This document shows, in pieces, positions 52,988 to 64,000 of a stretch of 64,000 bases of DNA. This DNA comes from Octopus vulgaris (lineage: Eukaryota), in contig OX597824.1 of NCBI GenBank assembly GCA_951406725.2, positions 44,392,001 to 44,456,000 of the forward strand, read 5' to 3'. The notes beneath the pieces are model-generated. The model was not told the origin of the DNA, searched no databases, and saw only the letters and a list, made by a program, of their open reading frames with translations. The translations under genes and the position numbers were made by a program. Each line of letters opens with the position of its first letter. Position 1 is the first letter of the stretch.

Positions 52988-55146
52988 AGGGCATAACTGA
53001 CTGATATTTTTCACATCCTAATGGATGGAGCGTTTATTCCAATTGAATTGCAGCATGTGCATCTGGGATTCTGTTCTAAAAATAGCTAAAAGTTGATTTT
53101 TTGACCTTACTGGACAAGGGATAGGCATAGTTCAGAAGAACTAGGTCATGTTACAATTCCACTCTTTTGGTAGTGCTGATTAACTTTTTACAAGTTTGCC
53201 ACTACTTTTCATCCTACTCAGTATGTCCATAACATATTCTTCTATGTCCTTATTCCACCCATTTGGCCAAATTGATCAACTATTTATGCTTACAAGCCTG
53301 CTCCTACTTTTCATACTATTCAAATTTTGTTTTGTATATGGTTTTAATTTTAATTTTTGTTTACAGCAAGCTTTACTTAGATGAGTCAGTAGCTCCCATT
53401 GTTATGTCGAAGCTATCATTAGTGTCTTTCTTTACTCAGTATTTATTATCAAATTGTATAATAAATTTCCTAGCTGCTAATATTACATTGATTTCATTCA
53501 TATTAAGATCTGTATTCTGTTTAGCAAACAAGAGGGCCTTATTTAGTAGTATAGGGTTAATAGATGAATGCAGCTATCAATATCTATGATGAGGAAATTT
53601 TTAAACAGAAATTGATTATTACAACACCACACTAAGTAAAGCTGGATTTAAACAAAAATAAAAATTCTACATACCAAGCATAAAATCTGAGAATAGGAAC
53701 AAAGCACAAAACAAGATTCGCAATAAAGCTATTGATACAGAAATTATTAAATATAAGGATAAAAAGAATATGGATAGGATAGAATATAAATCCGATAAGA
53801 AAAATGTAAGTAAACACATCAAGAAAAAGATAGAAAACAAAAAGAAATCAAGCATGTATAAAAAAGATACAAACATTAAGGAATGGGTAAAAATAAAAGA
53901 TAAGATGAAAATAGAGTCAAAAATAAAACACTATAATAATTATGACTATATGAATATAAACCAAAATAGAACAATTAACAATAAAAGAGAAATATATGAA
54001 AAGCTAAATGATAATATTTCTAACAATCCTGTAAAAAGTTACACCCTATGCATAAATGACATCAACCCCCATAACATAAAAATAGTTCTAAAGATGATAT
54101 AATATGGTTCATAATATCTTTTGCAAAGCAAATTAGAATTAATATAGTGAAATTATTCTACAAAATACCATAAAATAATAAACTCACACAAACTAAGGGC
54201 CAGATTTTGCATATCAAAAAACATAGCACAAATTATTGTTGCTCAAAATGTTAAAAGAGTAAATGATTTCTACAACAAAAGGAATAAAGAAAATAAAAAT
54301 GAATTATGAAATGATCAAAATGGCGAGAAAATTAAAGGCAATATGAGTTACACAATAAAAGGAAATAACTCTAAGGGACACTCCACTAGGATCTAAACAT
54401 ATAAACATACAATCTATATAAAAAAGAAGCAATAATCATTGATAAAATTGATAATATAAATATAAATATTGATAATATAAATATAAATACTAATACTGAT
54501 GATATAAATATAAATACTGATAATATAAATATTGATAATATAAATATAAATACTAATACTAACAATAGCAGCAATAAACACAAAAAAGAAAACAATAAAA
54601 GTACTAGGATAGGAAAAGAAAACAAAGACAAAGTAGATAATAATGCAGGCAGTAAACAAACTAACGTGAATAATCATAGAAAATAAATATAATGAGGATA
54701 ACTCTGAAAGCATAGAATACAAGCACAACATTATTAGAAAACAGAGAGCACTACTAAAAAAAATTGTGATTGCGCTAAAGAAAAATGATGTCCATTAAAT
54801 TCTCTTTGTAGGGAAAAAGGAGTTATATATGGACGTAAGGTTGTATGTGAGGGACAGGATTACTACTATATAGGTTCTATGGAAAATTATATAAAAAGGA
54901 TAGCTAATCATGAAAACACCTTCAGGGATAGAAAAAAAGAGGCTAGCACAAATCTAAGTAATTTAATTTGATCAATTAAGGATAAAAATAAGAACTATGC
55001 ACTTACATGGGAAATAATTAGCCAAGCAAAATCTTATAGCATTGGGAACAAAAGATGTGAACTATGTATTGAAGAAATTTACCAGATTCTTTCATCAAAA
55101 CACAAATTAATCAGCAAGAGGGAAAGAGGACTATGTTGTGTTCATA

Positions 55147-56029
55147 CGAAGTTTGATCAATAAGCATCCAGAATGTTGCCATAGTAATAAAGTTAAAGCA
55201 TGCAGAGTGAAGCCACTTGGCAAAGATTGACTATGAACGCTGCCTGCATGTGCACTAAGTTGTAACATTCTAGCTCACTTTTGCTGTTTACAGCAGTGCT
55301 CAGAAGGAAGGTGTATAATGCATGATCATTGCATTGACCATGACAGAGAAAGCCATCATGGCGATACCTGCTCAGAGACCTATGCAAAGTTCCAGAAAGT
55401 GTATGGAGAGACGTGTATGAGTGTATGAGTGGTTCAGACATTTCCAAGATGGCCAAAAATATGTTGATATTGACAAACATTCTGGGAGACCCACAACCAG
55501 CAGGACTGAGAAAAATATCGCAGATGTGTGTGCAGCTGTGAGGGGAAATAGCCGAATCACCATCCATAAGTTATCAGAGCATGTATAGATTAGTTATGGT
55601 TGAGTTCAGTCCATTATCACTGAAGATTTGGGTATGAGATGTGTGTCTGCCAAGTTTGTGCCAAAACTGCTTTCAGATGACCAAAAAGACACCTGGGTTT
55701 CAGTTACAGAAGATTTCCTTGATCATGTTGAGAACGATGAAAACTTTTTGAAAACTTTGCATAGCCCTCTGAGCAGATATTGCCAAGCTTTTGACAAAAT
55801 TTGATGCAAATTTTCTGCTCAACTTTCTCTGTCATGGTCAATGCAATGATCACATGCTACACACCTTCTTTCCAAGCACTGCTGTAAACAGCTGAAGTGA
55901 GCTAGGACATTAAAACTTAGTGCACATGCACAGCAGATTTCAAGGTCAATCTGTGCCAAGTCGCTTCACTCTGCATGCTTTAGCATTGTTACTATGGTAA
56001 CAGTTTGGATACTTATCGATCAGACCACA
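55147..56029 (+). mobile_element. Internally deleted mariner with ~200-bp TIRs and TA TSD
   Basis: 55147-55352 is inverted at 55823-56029; TA at 55145-46 and 56030-31. The interior encodes SGRPTTSRT...EDLGMRCVSAKFVPKLL. Removing it restores the Penelope frame. Confidence 0.92.
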
Positions 56030-56737
56030 TAAAGTGAAATATACATTCAATAAATTTAAAGTAGATATGGTTAAGATAAACACTGTAAATAATACCTATG
56101 AATAATTCACAAAGTTAAATATACATTTAATAAATTTAAATTGGTATGGTTAAAATAAACACTATGTAAATAACACCTGTGAATTGTGCATCTATACTAT
56201 AAACTAAATAGACAAAAATATATATGTATGAACCCAACCTAACAACTAATATATACGAATAAATAATGTTTACTAGTAACTAATATAAATTTTACAAAAA
56301 TAAGCAAATAATATTGCTGAAATAAAATAGATAAATAAAAGGAACAATTACAAACATACCTTGATTCACTTTATCAATAATTAGGGCGTAGATGAATATG
56401 TTATGCACATGCTGAATATGAAATGTAGGAGCAGGCTTGTAAGCATAAATAGTTAATTAATTTGGCCAAATGGGTGGAATAAGGACATAGAAGAATATGT
56501 TATGGACATACTGATTAGGATGAAAAGTAGTAGCAGACTTGTACAAAGTTAATCAGCACTACCAAAAGAGTGGAATTGTAACATGACCTAGTTCTTCTGA
56601 ACTATGCCTATCCCTTGTCCAGTAAGGTAAAAAAAATCAACTTTTAGCTATTTTTAGCACAGAATCCCAGATGCACATGCTACAATTCAATTGGAATAAA
56701 CTCTATATACATTAGGATGAGAAAAATATCAGTCAGT

Positions 56738-56838
56738 TATGCCCTGAGGAGGCTTTTTGCTTTTTCAACTTCATAATGCGTATTAAAAGTGCAAATATTG
56801 AATAATAGCAATTAGCTGAAATGCAGTGGAGTCAATAT
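56738..56838 (+). ncRNA. Type I hammerhead motif in a Penelope terminal repeat
   Basis: tgcc-CTGAGGA-ggct...agct-GAAA-tgcagtg. The left-arm copy gives agcc-AAAA-tgcacca-TA-ggca, so the two-copy consensus has complete stems I-III. Confidence 0.6.
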
Positions 56839-56906
56839 AAATGAACTTGTTCATTTGACTGGACTATGGTAATAGATTGATTACTCTATGTATGTATTCT
56901 ATTTCT

Positions 56907-56951
<45 letters not shown>

Positions 56952-56979
56952 TACATATATATATAACATAAAAAATAAA

Positions 56980-57216
56980 TGCGCCCTTTTAAAGTCTAGC
57001 CAGGCTCATGGGCTCGGTTTCAATGGCATATGTGTTCCCCAGCTGGACGGGACACCAGTCCGTCGCAGCGTTACTCATTTTTGCCAGCTGAGTGGACTGG
57101 AGCAACATGAAATGAAGTGTTTTGCCCAAGAACACAATGTGTCGTCCAGTCCAGGATTCGAAACCACAATCTTACGATCATGATGCTAACACCCTAACCA
57201 CTAAGCCACGTGCCTC
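56980..57216 (-). mobile_element. tRNA-derived SINE family C (CORE-like plus V-domain-like)
   Basis: A-box tggcttagtgg, B-box gtttcgaatcc, then ttgggcaaaacactt and ctgcgacggactggtgtcccgtccag. Confidence 0.8.
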
Positions 57217-57429
57217 ATCATCATCATCATCATCGTCGTTTAACGTCCGTTCTCCATGCTAGCATGGGTTGGACGGTTCGACCGGGGTTCTGGGAAGCCA
57301 GAAGGCTGCACCAGGCTCCAGTCTAATCTGGCAATGTTTCTACAGCTGGATGCCCTTCCTAACGCCAACCACTCCGTGAGTGTAGTGGGTGCTTTTTACG
57401 TGCCACCTGCACAGGTGCCAGGCGGGGCT

Positions 57430-57432
<3 letters not shown>
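57217..57432 (-). mobile_element. RTE 3'-UTR fragment
   Basis: Matches 45469-45670. Confidence 0.85.
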
Positions 57433-57486
<54 letters not shown>

Positions 57487-57524
57487 CTTTTTCCAAATTA
57501 GTGTGAATGTGTGTAGAATAATAA

Positions 57525-59069
57525 ATCAGTTGAATAAAGTTAAAACATGGTCTGATTTTCATGTTTCTTATTATGGTATTTTAACATTAAAAGATATTTT
57601 GTAATGTTCGTAAAGTTCAATTAGTGCTTTCATATGTTTGGTAGTGAATGTATTTAACCGATAGTTGAGTTCTTGACAACTGTAGTACCTCTTAGAATGC
57701 TCCAACAAGCTGAATTTATGATCAATCTGCATGCAGGTTAAACATCACTGTTTGCAAGGCATACCAATATTCTGTAATTTGCTTATATTCATATGTTAAA
57801 GATATTTTATAATCCACACTGGTTGTTATATTATTGTTGTTATTTTCCTTCAGAACAGGTTTGAATATTTTGAAAAACCGTTTTTCAGTTGTCTTTCTTC
57901 CAACCTCACTTGTGTCATTTAGTTTGTGGAAAGGTAAAATTAGAAACATTTTCTGACCACATGTTTCTATATGTTTGCTCAATGGAATTTGGCACACATT
58001 GGCATGCCAGATTTGTTATCTGTGGACTCGTGAATGTTCCAATAATGCATTCTTAATCTTGCCTATATATATTTCCTTGAAATTCGAGCATTTAATGCAG
58101 TAGACCAAATTTCTGCTTTTGCTGTTCATATCTGCATGTGTGAAAATCTGTCCATATTTTGTTCTAATGGATCTATCCGTATGTATATATTAACATGTTC
58201 CACATCTATTATCATTATACTTGGATACTGTGAATGTCTTATCCTGTTTGTTCATGTTGAATTTTACCTTTGTTAATAGATTATTTAGGTTATATGGTTG
58301 CCTTTTGCTTAAGATAAGTGTTTGATTAGTTATCTTCTTTAATTTTTCACTTTGTTTTATGATTGGCAAATTTGTTTTGATGATGTTAAAAATGTTTTGG
58401 TGATGCGGATTGTGTGTTGCTATTGCATTCTGCTGATGGGTTCATCTTTTTTGTGTTGCCCTAAGTTGTTCTATAGGTATCTCTTTTGCTCATTGTTTGT
58501 TATTTTCTATAAGTAGGAGAGGGTAATTTTGCTTGAGCAGAAATCCTTTGAGTTCTATAAGTTGTGTGTTTCTGGTATTTGGATCATCTACTATAGTACA
58601 CATTTTCCTGGCTAGACAGTACAGGATATTACGATTTGTGTGTATTGGATAGCATGATTTGAAATTTAGGTACTGGTGTGTATCTGTGCTTTTGTGATAA
58701 ATATCAATTGTGATTATGGTGTTGTTTTTAATTACCAAGAAATGGTAATTGTGTGTTGCTCATTTCTCTTGTGAATTTGAGACTAGAGTATTCTTGTGAA
58801 TTTGAGACTAGGGTACTGATTGTTGAGGAGGGTAATGAATTCTTCCAGATTTTCTAGGGATTTGGTCCAAATTAGGAAACAATCATTGAGGTATCTTTTC
58901 CATGTGTCCTCTATATGTCTTTTAAAGGTCATGCCATAGTTCTGATGATTATTACCAAACACAAGAAAGCAGTAATTGAACTTTATGAACATTACAAAAT
59001 ATTTTTTAATGTTAAAATACCATAATAAAAAACATGAAACCCAGACCATGTTTTAACTTTATTCAACTG

Positions 59070-59071
<2 letters not shown>
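57525..59071 (-). mobile_element. Penelope-like element (RT C-terminus plus GIY-YIG) with ~120-bp inverted terminal repeats
   Basis: WKRYLNDCFLIW (YxDD motif) and IDIYHKSTDTHQYLNFKSC. 57525-57645 is inverted at 58950-59071; hammerhead-like CTGATGA...catGAAAC at 58935-59050. Confidence 0.88.
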
Positions 59072-59099
<28 letters not shown>

Positions 59100-59101
<2 letters not shown>

Positions 59102-60127
59102 AAACTACAGTCATGGATCAAACACAGGCTGAGGCTAGGCGAATGGTACTGCGAGTGTTGCATTGCTCTCAAGCAACTCTGCCGTCTGGGACCAAACTTG
59201 TGTGACTTCATTACAACAAAGGCGTTCTATAGAGGATTAGTGGAGGGGAGGTGTGATGACGTTCTCAGGCAGAATCTGGGCGTCAATGAGGAACACCTGA
59301 CCTGCCTGTTCAGGACGACTTTCGGGCCAGGACCTATGGACAATCGCCAAAGATCTCTAGCCTGGCAGTACTATCGAGAAGCATTACCTGTTCAGGATAA
59401 GCTCTACAAGCACGGTTCGAGACACACTGGACCGACTTGCCTGAGATGCGGTCAGAGCAATGAAACCGTTCTGCATACACTCGTGCAGCATCCAACCATT
59501 TTGAATCTGTGGGCTTATGCCGAACAGCTACTGTCACGTGTGGGACGAGTCTGCCTGTTGGCCGAGTCTATCGTGACAATTGCTTCGCCACCTTCCCTCA
59601 ACCGGGAAGGCAACGCAGTCTTCATCGTACTGGTGGCTATGGTGAAAGAATGTGTGTGGTGGACTCGAGCAAAAGGATTAAAGACAAACACTTACCTCTT
59701 CGGTCAATCGCTTATCAACTTTTTCAAGTACCACTTGAAAAGGAAGGTGAGAATAGAGAGGTAGGTTTGTCTTGTGAAAGTTTCAAAAAGTGGGTGAATG
59801 TAGCAAAGATGGTGCGTGTGAGCGACGAAAAGAGAGAGAGCACTTTGCTTTCATGTGTTTATTCTCTCCCTGCCTGAGGTTACCATGGTCTTTTCCGTAG
59901 GCTTTTCTTTCCACGGATAAACCTAATCTTGCTTCTTACATTTTAAAAATTTCTTCTGTGATACACAATCCCTTTTGATCACCTATTTTTTCCTTTTCCC
60001 GACCCCGTTTGATTGGAATTTTACTTTTTTTCTCTTTTTTCCTTTTTCTTTTTCATTTTCGAAAAGAAAAGCTCTATATTTGTATTTGTTCCCTCTGTGT
60101 GGCCAATAAAGAAAGTTATCTATCTAT
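59100..60127 (+). mobile_element. Tx1/L1 LINE 3' fragment (C-terminal zinc-binding domain plus 3' UTR)
   Basis: LAWQYYREALPVQDKL...TCLRCGQSNETVLHTL; the 3' UTR resembles 33490-33777 and ends aataaagaaagttatctatctat. Confidence 0.88.
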
Positions 60128-60861
60128 AAAAGACTTTCATTTAAATATATTAAGAATACAAATGAGCTGTATCTATTTTTTTTATTTAGAATTTTTCTTT
60201 TTTGTTTTAAATCTTTACAGTTTGTTTTGAGTATCAGCTTTCCTAAGTTCATTGACATTTCTAGACCTCGATGATCTCATCTGTTGGATGGTATGGTTTT
60301 ATATGAAGCTATTGGTGATATTCATTACTATTATTTTATATGAACTGGGTAGTTATCATGAGATTGCTGCTTCTGTGTTAATGATGTCATTATTGCTGGG
60401 TTTGAACTTTCCACTATTAACTCCAGTTTTACTTTCAACAAACAAGGAGTGTTTTTTTGTTGCTTGTTTGTAACTAGGAAGTATTATTTGTGGGTAAATT
60501 TTTGATGTTGTGTTGTGATAAAAATATAGACACTCTGACTTATCTTCCAGTTATTTTTTTTATATTTTAATTATTTATAGGAGGAATGTGTTGTCACTTG
60601 CACTTACCGTCACACAAATCCTCATCATCATCTGGCAAGTCAGAAGACTGCACTAAACTCTGCTATTAGTTTTGGCATGGTTACTATGGCTTAATGCCCT
60701 TCCTGATATCAGAGAGTATTGGGTGCTTTTTATGTGGTACCAGCACCAGTGAGGTCACCAAGTAACTTGCAAGACAAGACTACTCAATTGGTAGGGAGTA
60801 GTACTGAAGGACAGAAAAGGTGTCAAAGTTGTCTTGCCTTAGAAGAGACATGGTTACCTCA

Positions 60862-60963
<102 letters not shown>

Positions 60964-61389
60964 GGTGCAGATGTGACAGGGAGCCCCTGTACACCCAAGT
61001 TAAAAGGCGGTACATATAGTGAAGTGGATCAGGGACTGAAAAAGGTGAGTGGGTGGGTGAGTTTGCAAGATTGTAAAAAGAGAATCGGAGCTGGAGGAGG
61101 CAGGATGTAATGAGTGTGTGCTTGTAGAGGAACGAGGCATTAGGAGGATGTGTTGTGGGGAAGGGATTTATGGGACTTATTGTGTGCAGAGAGGTACAGG
61201 AGGGAGAATGGAGGGGATGGTTGGCCATGGACAGGGATTTTACTTAGATGAGTGGGTTTTCTCAAAACTAGATAGAAAATCCTTAGTTGATAATGCAACC
61301 ATTTTTTCAATGGCATATAGATGTTCATATTCCTCCTCTAAATCATGCAAATAAATATGACAGAGAATCAAAATGTTCTGCTGGCCTAT

Positions 61390-63220
61390 TTTTATCTTTT
61401 ACTTGTTTCAGCTATTGGACTGTGTTCATGCTGGGGTAACAACATGAAGGGTTTAAGTTGAATGAATCAATCCCAGTACTTATTTTCTTTTAAAGCCTGG
61501 TACTTATTCTTTCAGTCTCTTAATCTGAACTGCTAAGCTATGAGAATGTTAACAAACTAACACCAGTTTTCAAGTGGTGATGGGAGATAAACACAATTGC
61601 AAAGACATACACAAATAGAGAGACAGACAGACAGACAGATAGATAAATAGATACATAGGTAGATACATACATATACATACAATGGTATTCTTTCAGTTTT
61701 TGTCTACCAAATCCATGCACAAGGCTTTAGTTGGTCTGGGATTATAGTTGAAAACACTTACCCACGGTGCCATGCAGGGAGACTGAACCTGGAAGCATGT
61801 GATTGGGAAATTCTTACCACACAGTCATATTTGCACCTAGTTCTCACATTTTTATTCTCTCTTATATATTTTCTTTACAATAGTGGTTTGTATAAATTGT
61901 AAACATATATTTACCATGCAATCAAAATCAACCAGCAATAATTTGTTTGAATTCTAAATCATAAAGAAAATTACAAATAGATTACTTAAAACTAGTTGCA
62001 CCAGGACATAATTAAGGAGAGATTTCACAACATAAACTAACAAAATTTAAATCAAAATATTCAAGTGGAATACGAACTGAGCAAATGCTAAGTTTCAAAA
62101 TTTCAATCTGTGATGTAAAACAATGCTAATGTGGGAGGTGGTGGATTCAGTTGAGATGTAATACAGTAATATCTCTTTTTACTTGTTTCAGTCATTGGAC
62201 TGTGACCATGCTGGTTTAGTTGAACAAATCCACTCCAGTACTTATTTTTTTAAAGCCTGGTACTTGTTCTATTGATCTCATTTGTTGAAATGCCAAGTGA
62301 AGGAGACACAGACAAATCAACCCTGGTTGTCAAGCCATAGTGGGGGAACAACACAAACATAAAAAGACACACACATAATGGGCTCCTTTCAGTTTCTGTC
62401 TACCAAATTCACTCACATGGCTTTGATTAGTTTGGGGCTATAGAAGACGCTTGCCTAAAGTTCCATGCAGTGGGACTAAATCCCAAACCATGTGGTTGGG
62501 AAGCAAATATTTTACTATACAGACATGTCTGCACCTGTGGCATCTTTAAATCTAAACATATTTCCCCTTTGTAAGTGTGTACTGTAAAAACAATTGCTTC
62601 AGTCACTCATGTAAATATATAAATCTGAAGTAGTATCATCCCAATATCCAGAATAGAGTGCAAAATTATGAATGCTTGAGCTATACAGTCTACAAATTTA
62701 CAGTTGAAGGGAATAGTCAACAGAACTGACACCAGTACATCACTGGTATTATTTCACTGATAAGATACAAGAATAAAATGCAATCAATTCAATCAAATAT
62801 ACTACATTGTGCAAATATGATTTTTTTTTTCCTTTTACTCATTTTAGTCATTGGACAGCAGCCATTGCACAACAGCCTTGAAAGATTTAGTCAAACAAAT
62901 CAATCCCAGTACTTATTTTTAAGTCTGGTACTTATTCTATCAGTTCTATTGCCAAACCACTAAATTATAGGGATATAAACAAACCAACACTGATTGTTAA
63001 ACAGTGGAAGGGGGATAAACACACAGAGAAAGACACACATAGTCACATGTATATAAATATATACAACAGGCTTCCATACAGTTTTTGTTTACCAAATTCA
63101 CTTACAGGGCATTGGTCAGCTCAGGGCTATAGGAGAAGACACTTGCCTGAGGTGCTGTGCAGTGGGGCACAACCCAAAACCACATGGTTGCAAAGCAATC
63201 TTCTTAACCCCAAAGCCATA
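61390..63220 (-). mobile_element. Three diverged full-length family-B SINEs (~61390-61840, 62175-62540, 62830-63220)
   Basis: Each shows the tail ttttacttgtttcagtcattggac, the core aagcctggtacttattc and the head gggactgaacc...catgtg. Confidence 0.85.
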
Positions 63221-63457
63221 CAGAATTTTCTTTTTCATTATTTTATGTTAACATACATAAGTTGATATGCATTCCTCTAAAATCAGAGCCACCATATTTG
63301 GTATATTCTTGTAAGTACAACGGTTTTACAGTTTTTGCTTCTCTTTCTCACATTTTACTGTTCATGCCACCAAATTAAACAATATTATTGATAAGGCGTT
63401 AAAATTGTGATGATTTTTGATCAATGACTGATGATGGATGAGTATGTTTATGTGGGG

Positions 63458-63585
63458 TTTATTTTTCATTTTCCCAGATGGTCCTTTGTCATCCTCTTGT
63501 GCCACATTTTACTATATATAAAAATACAATAAAATGTGGTACAAGAGTACAATGAAGGACCATCAGGAAAAACTGTAAAAATAAA
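63458..63585. repeat. Small fold-back (~54-bp arms, 18-nt loop), probable MITE
   Basis: gatggtcctt...ctcttgtgccacatttta / taaaatgtggtacaagag...aaggaccatc. Confidence 0.85.
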
Positions 63586-63876
63586 AAAAAAGAAAGAAAA
63601 ATAATGTGTGTATGTGCCTGTAAGTGTAAGTGTATTTCTTCCAGTTTTCTTGTAATTATTTACATCTGCAACAAAAGCATGCCCAACTATTGAGCAGCTT
63701 GTCATTCAAAAGATCAGGAGAAATAGCAGTTTACGTGGAAACAAGTGAGGAAGGGCATTGGCCATAGGGAAATTGCCTCAGTAAGTCTTGTATAACTCAT
63801 GTTAGAATGGAAAAAGCAGATGTTAAAATGATAGTGGTGGTTGTCGTGATGATGATGTTTGTGGTGGTGGTGGTGG

Positions 63877-63930
<54 letters not shown>

Positions 63931-64000
63931 CAAAGATGATAATAATGATGATGATGTTTACACCTAAATAATTTTTTGGCAGATTATTGCTTCCATAAGT

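Larger units (their letters stand above)
52318..56900 (+). mobile_element. Penelope-like element with ~480-bp inverted terminal repeats and nested insertions
   Basis: GIY-YIG remnant CPLNSLCREKGVIY...YYYIGS...TWEIISQAKSYSIGNKRCELCIEE...CVH|KVKY (54790-56060). 52318-52445 plus 52988-53316 is the reverse complement of 56415-56900. Confidence 0.85.

Noticed and set aside
53770-54731. Lys/Asn/Ile-rich ORFs of 81-110 aa
   Set aside because: Decayed Penelope ORF plus an AT-rich minisatellite; not independent genes.

Overview
AT-rich eukaryotic genomic DNA dominated by repeats. The SINE families, microsatellite load and LINE mix suggest a cephalopod (Octopus-like) genome; this is inference, not a database result. 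No intact multi-domain host gene is visible, and most ORF-track entries are microsatellite or transposon artefacts. Recognisable content: (1) many tRNA-derived SINEs of at least three families; (2) non-LTR retrotransposon relics of the CR1/L2, Tx1/L1, RTE and R4/Dong types; (3) at least five Penelope-like (GIY-YIG) element relics, three with inverted terminal repeats; (4) mariner/Tc1/pogo/piggyBac DNA transposons and MITEs; (5) a ~1.7-kb (TA)n array. Three observations stand out. First, about ten hammerhead-ribozyme-like motifs (CUGAnGA...GAAAC-x4-GUH) sit at Penelope-type ends; several share an unusual architecture with a very long AT-rich stem II and a CAU/UAU insertion before GAAA, and some are circularly permuted. 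Second, RTE elements repeatedly sit in or beside the left arm of these inverted repeats. Third, a chain of candidate minus-strand micro-exons (8-102 nt) with good splice signals and compatible reading phases suggests the window is mostly intron of an unidentified host gene.
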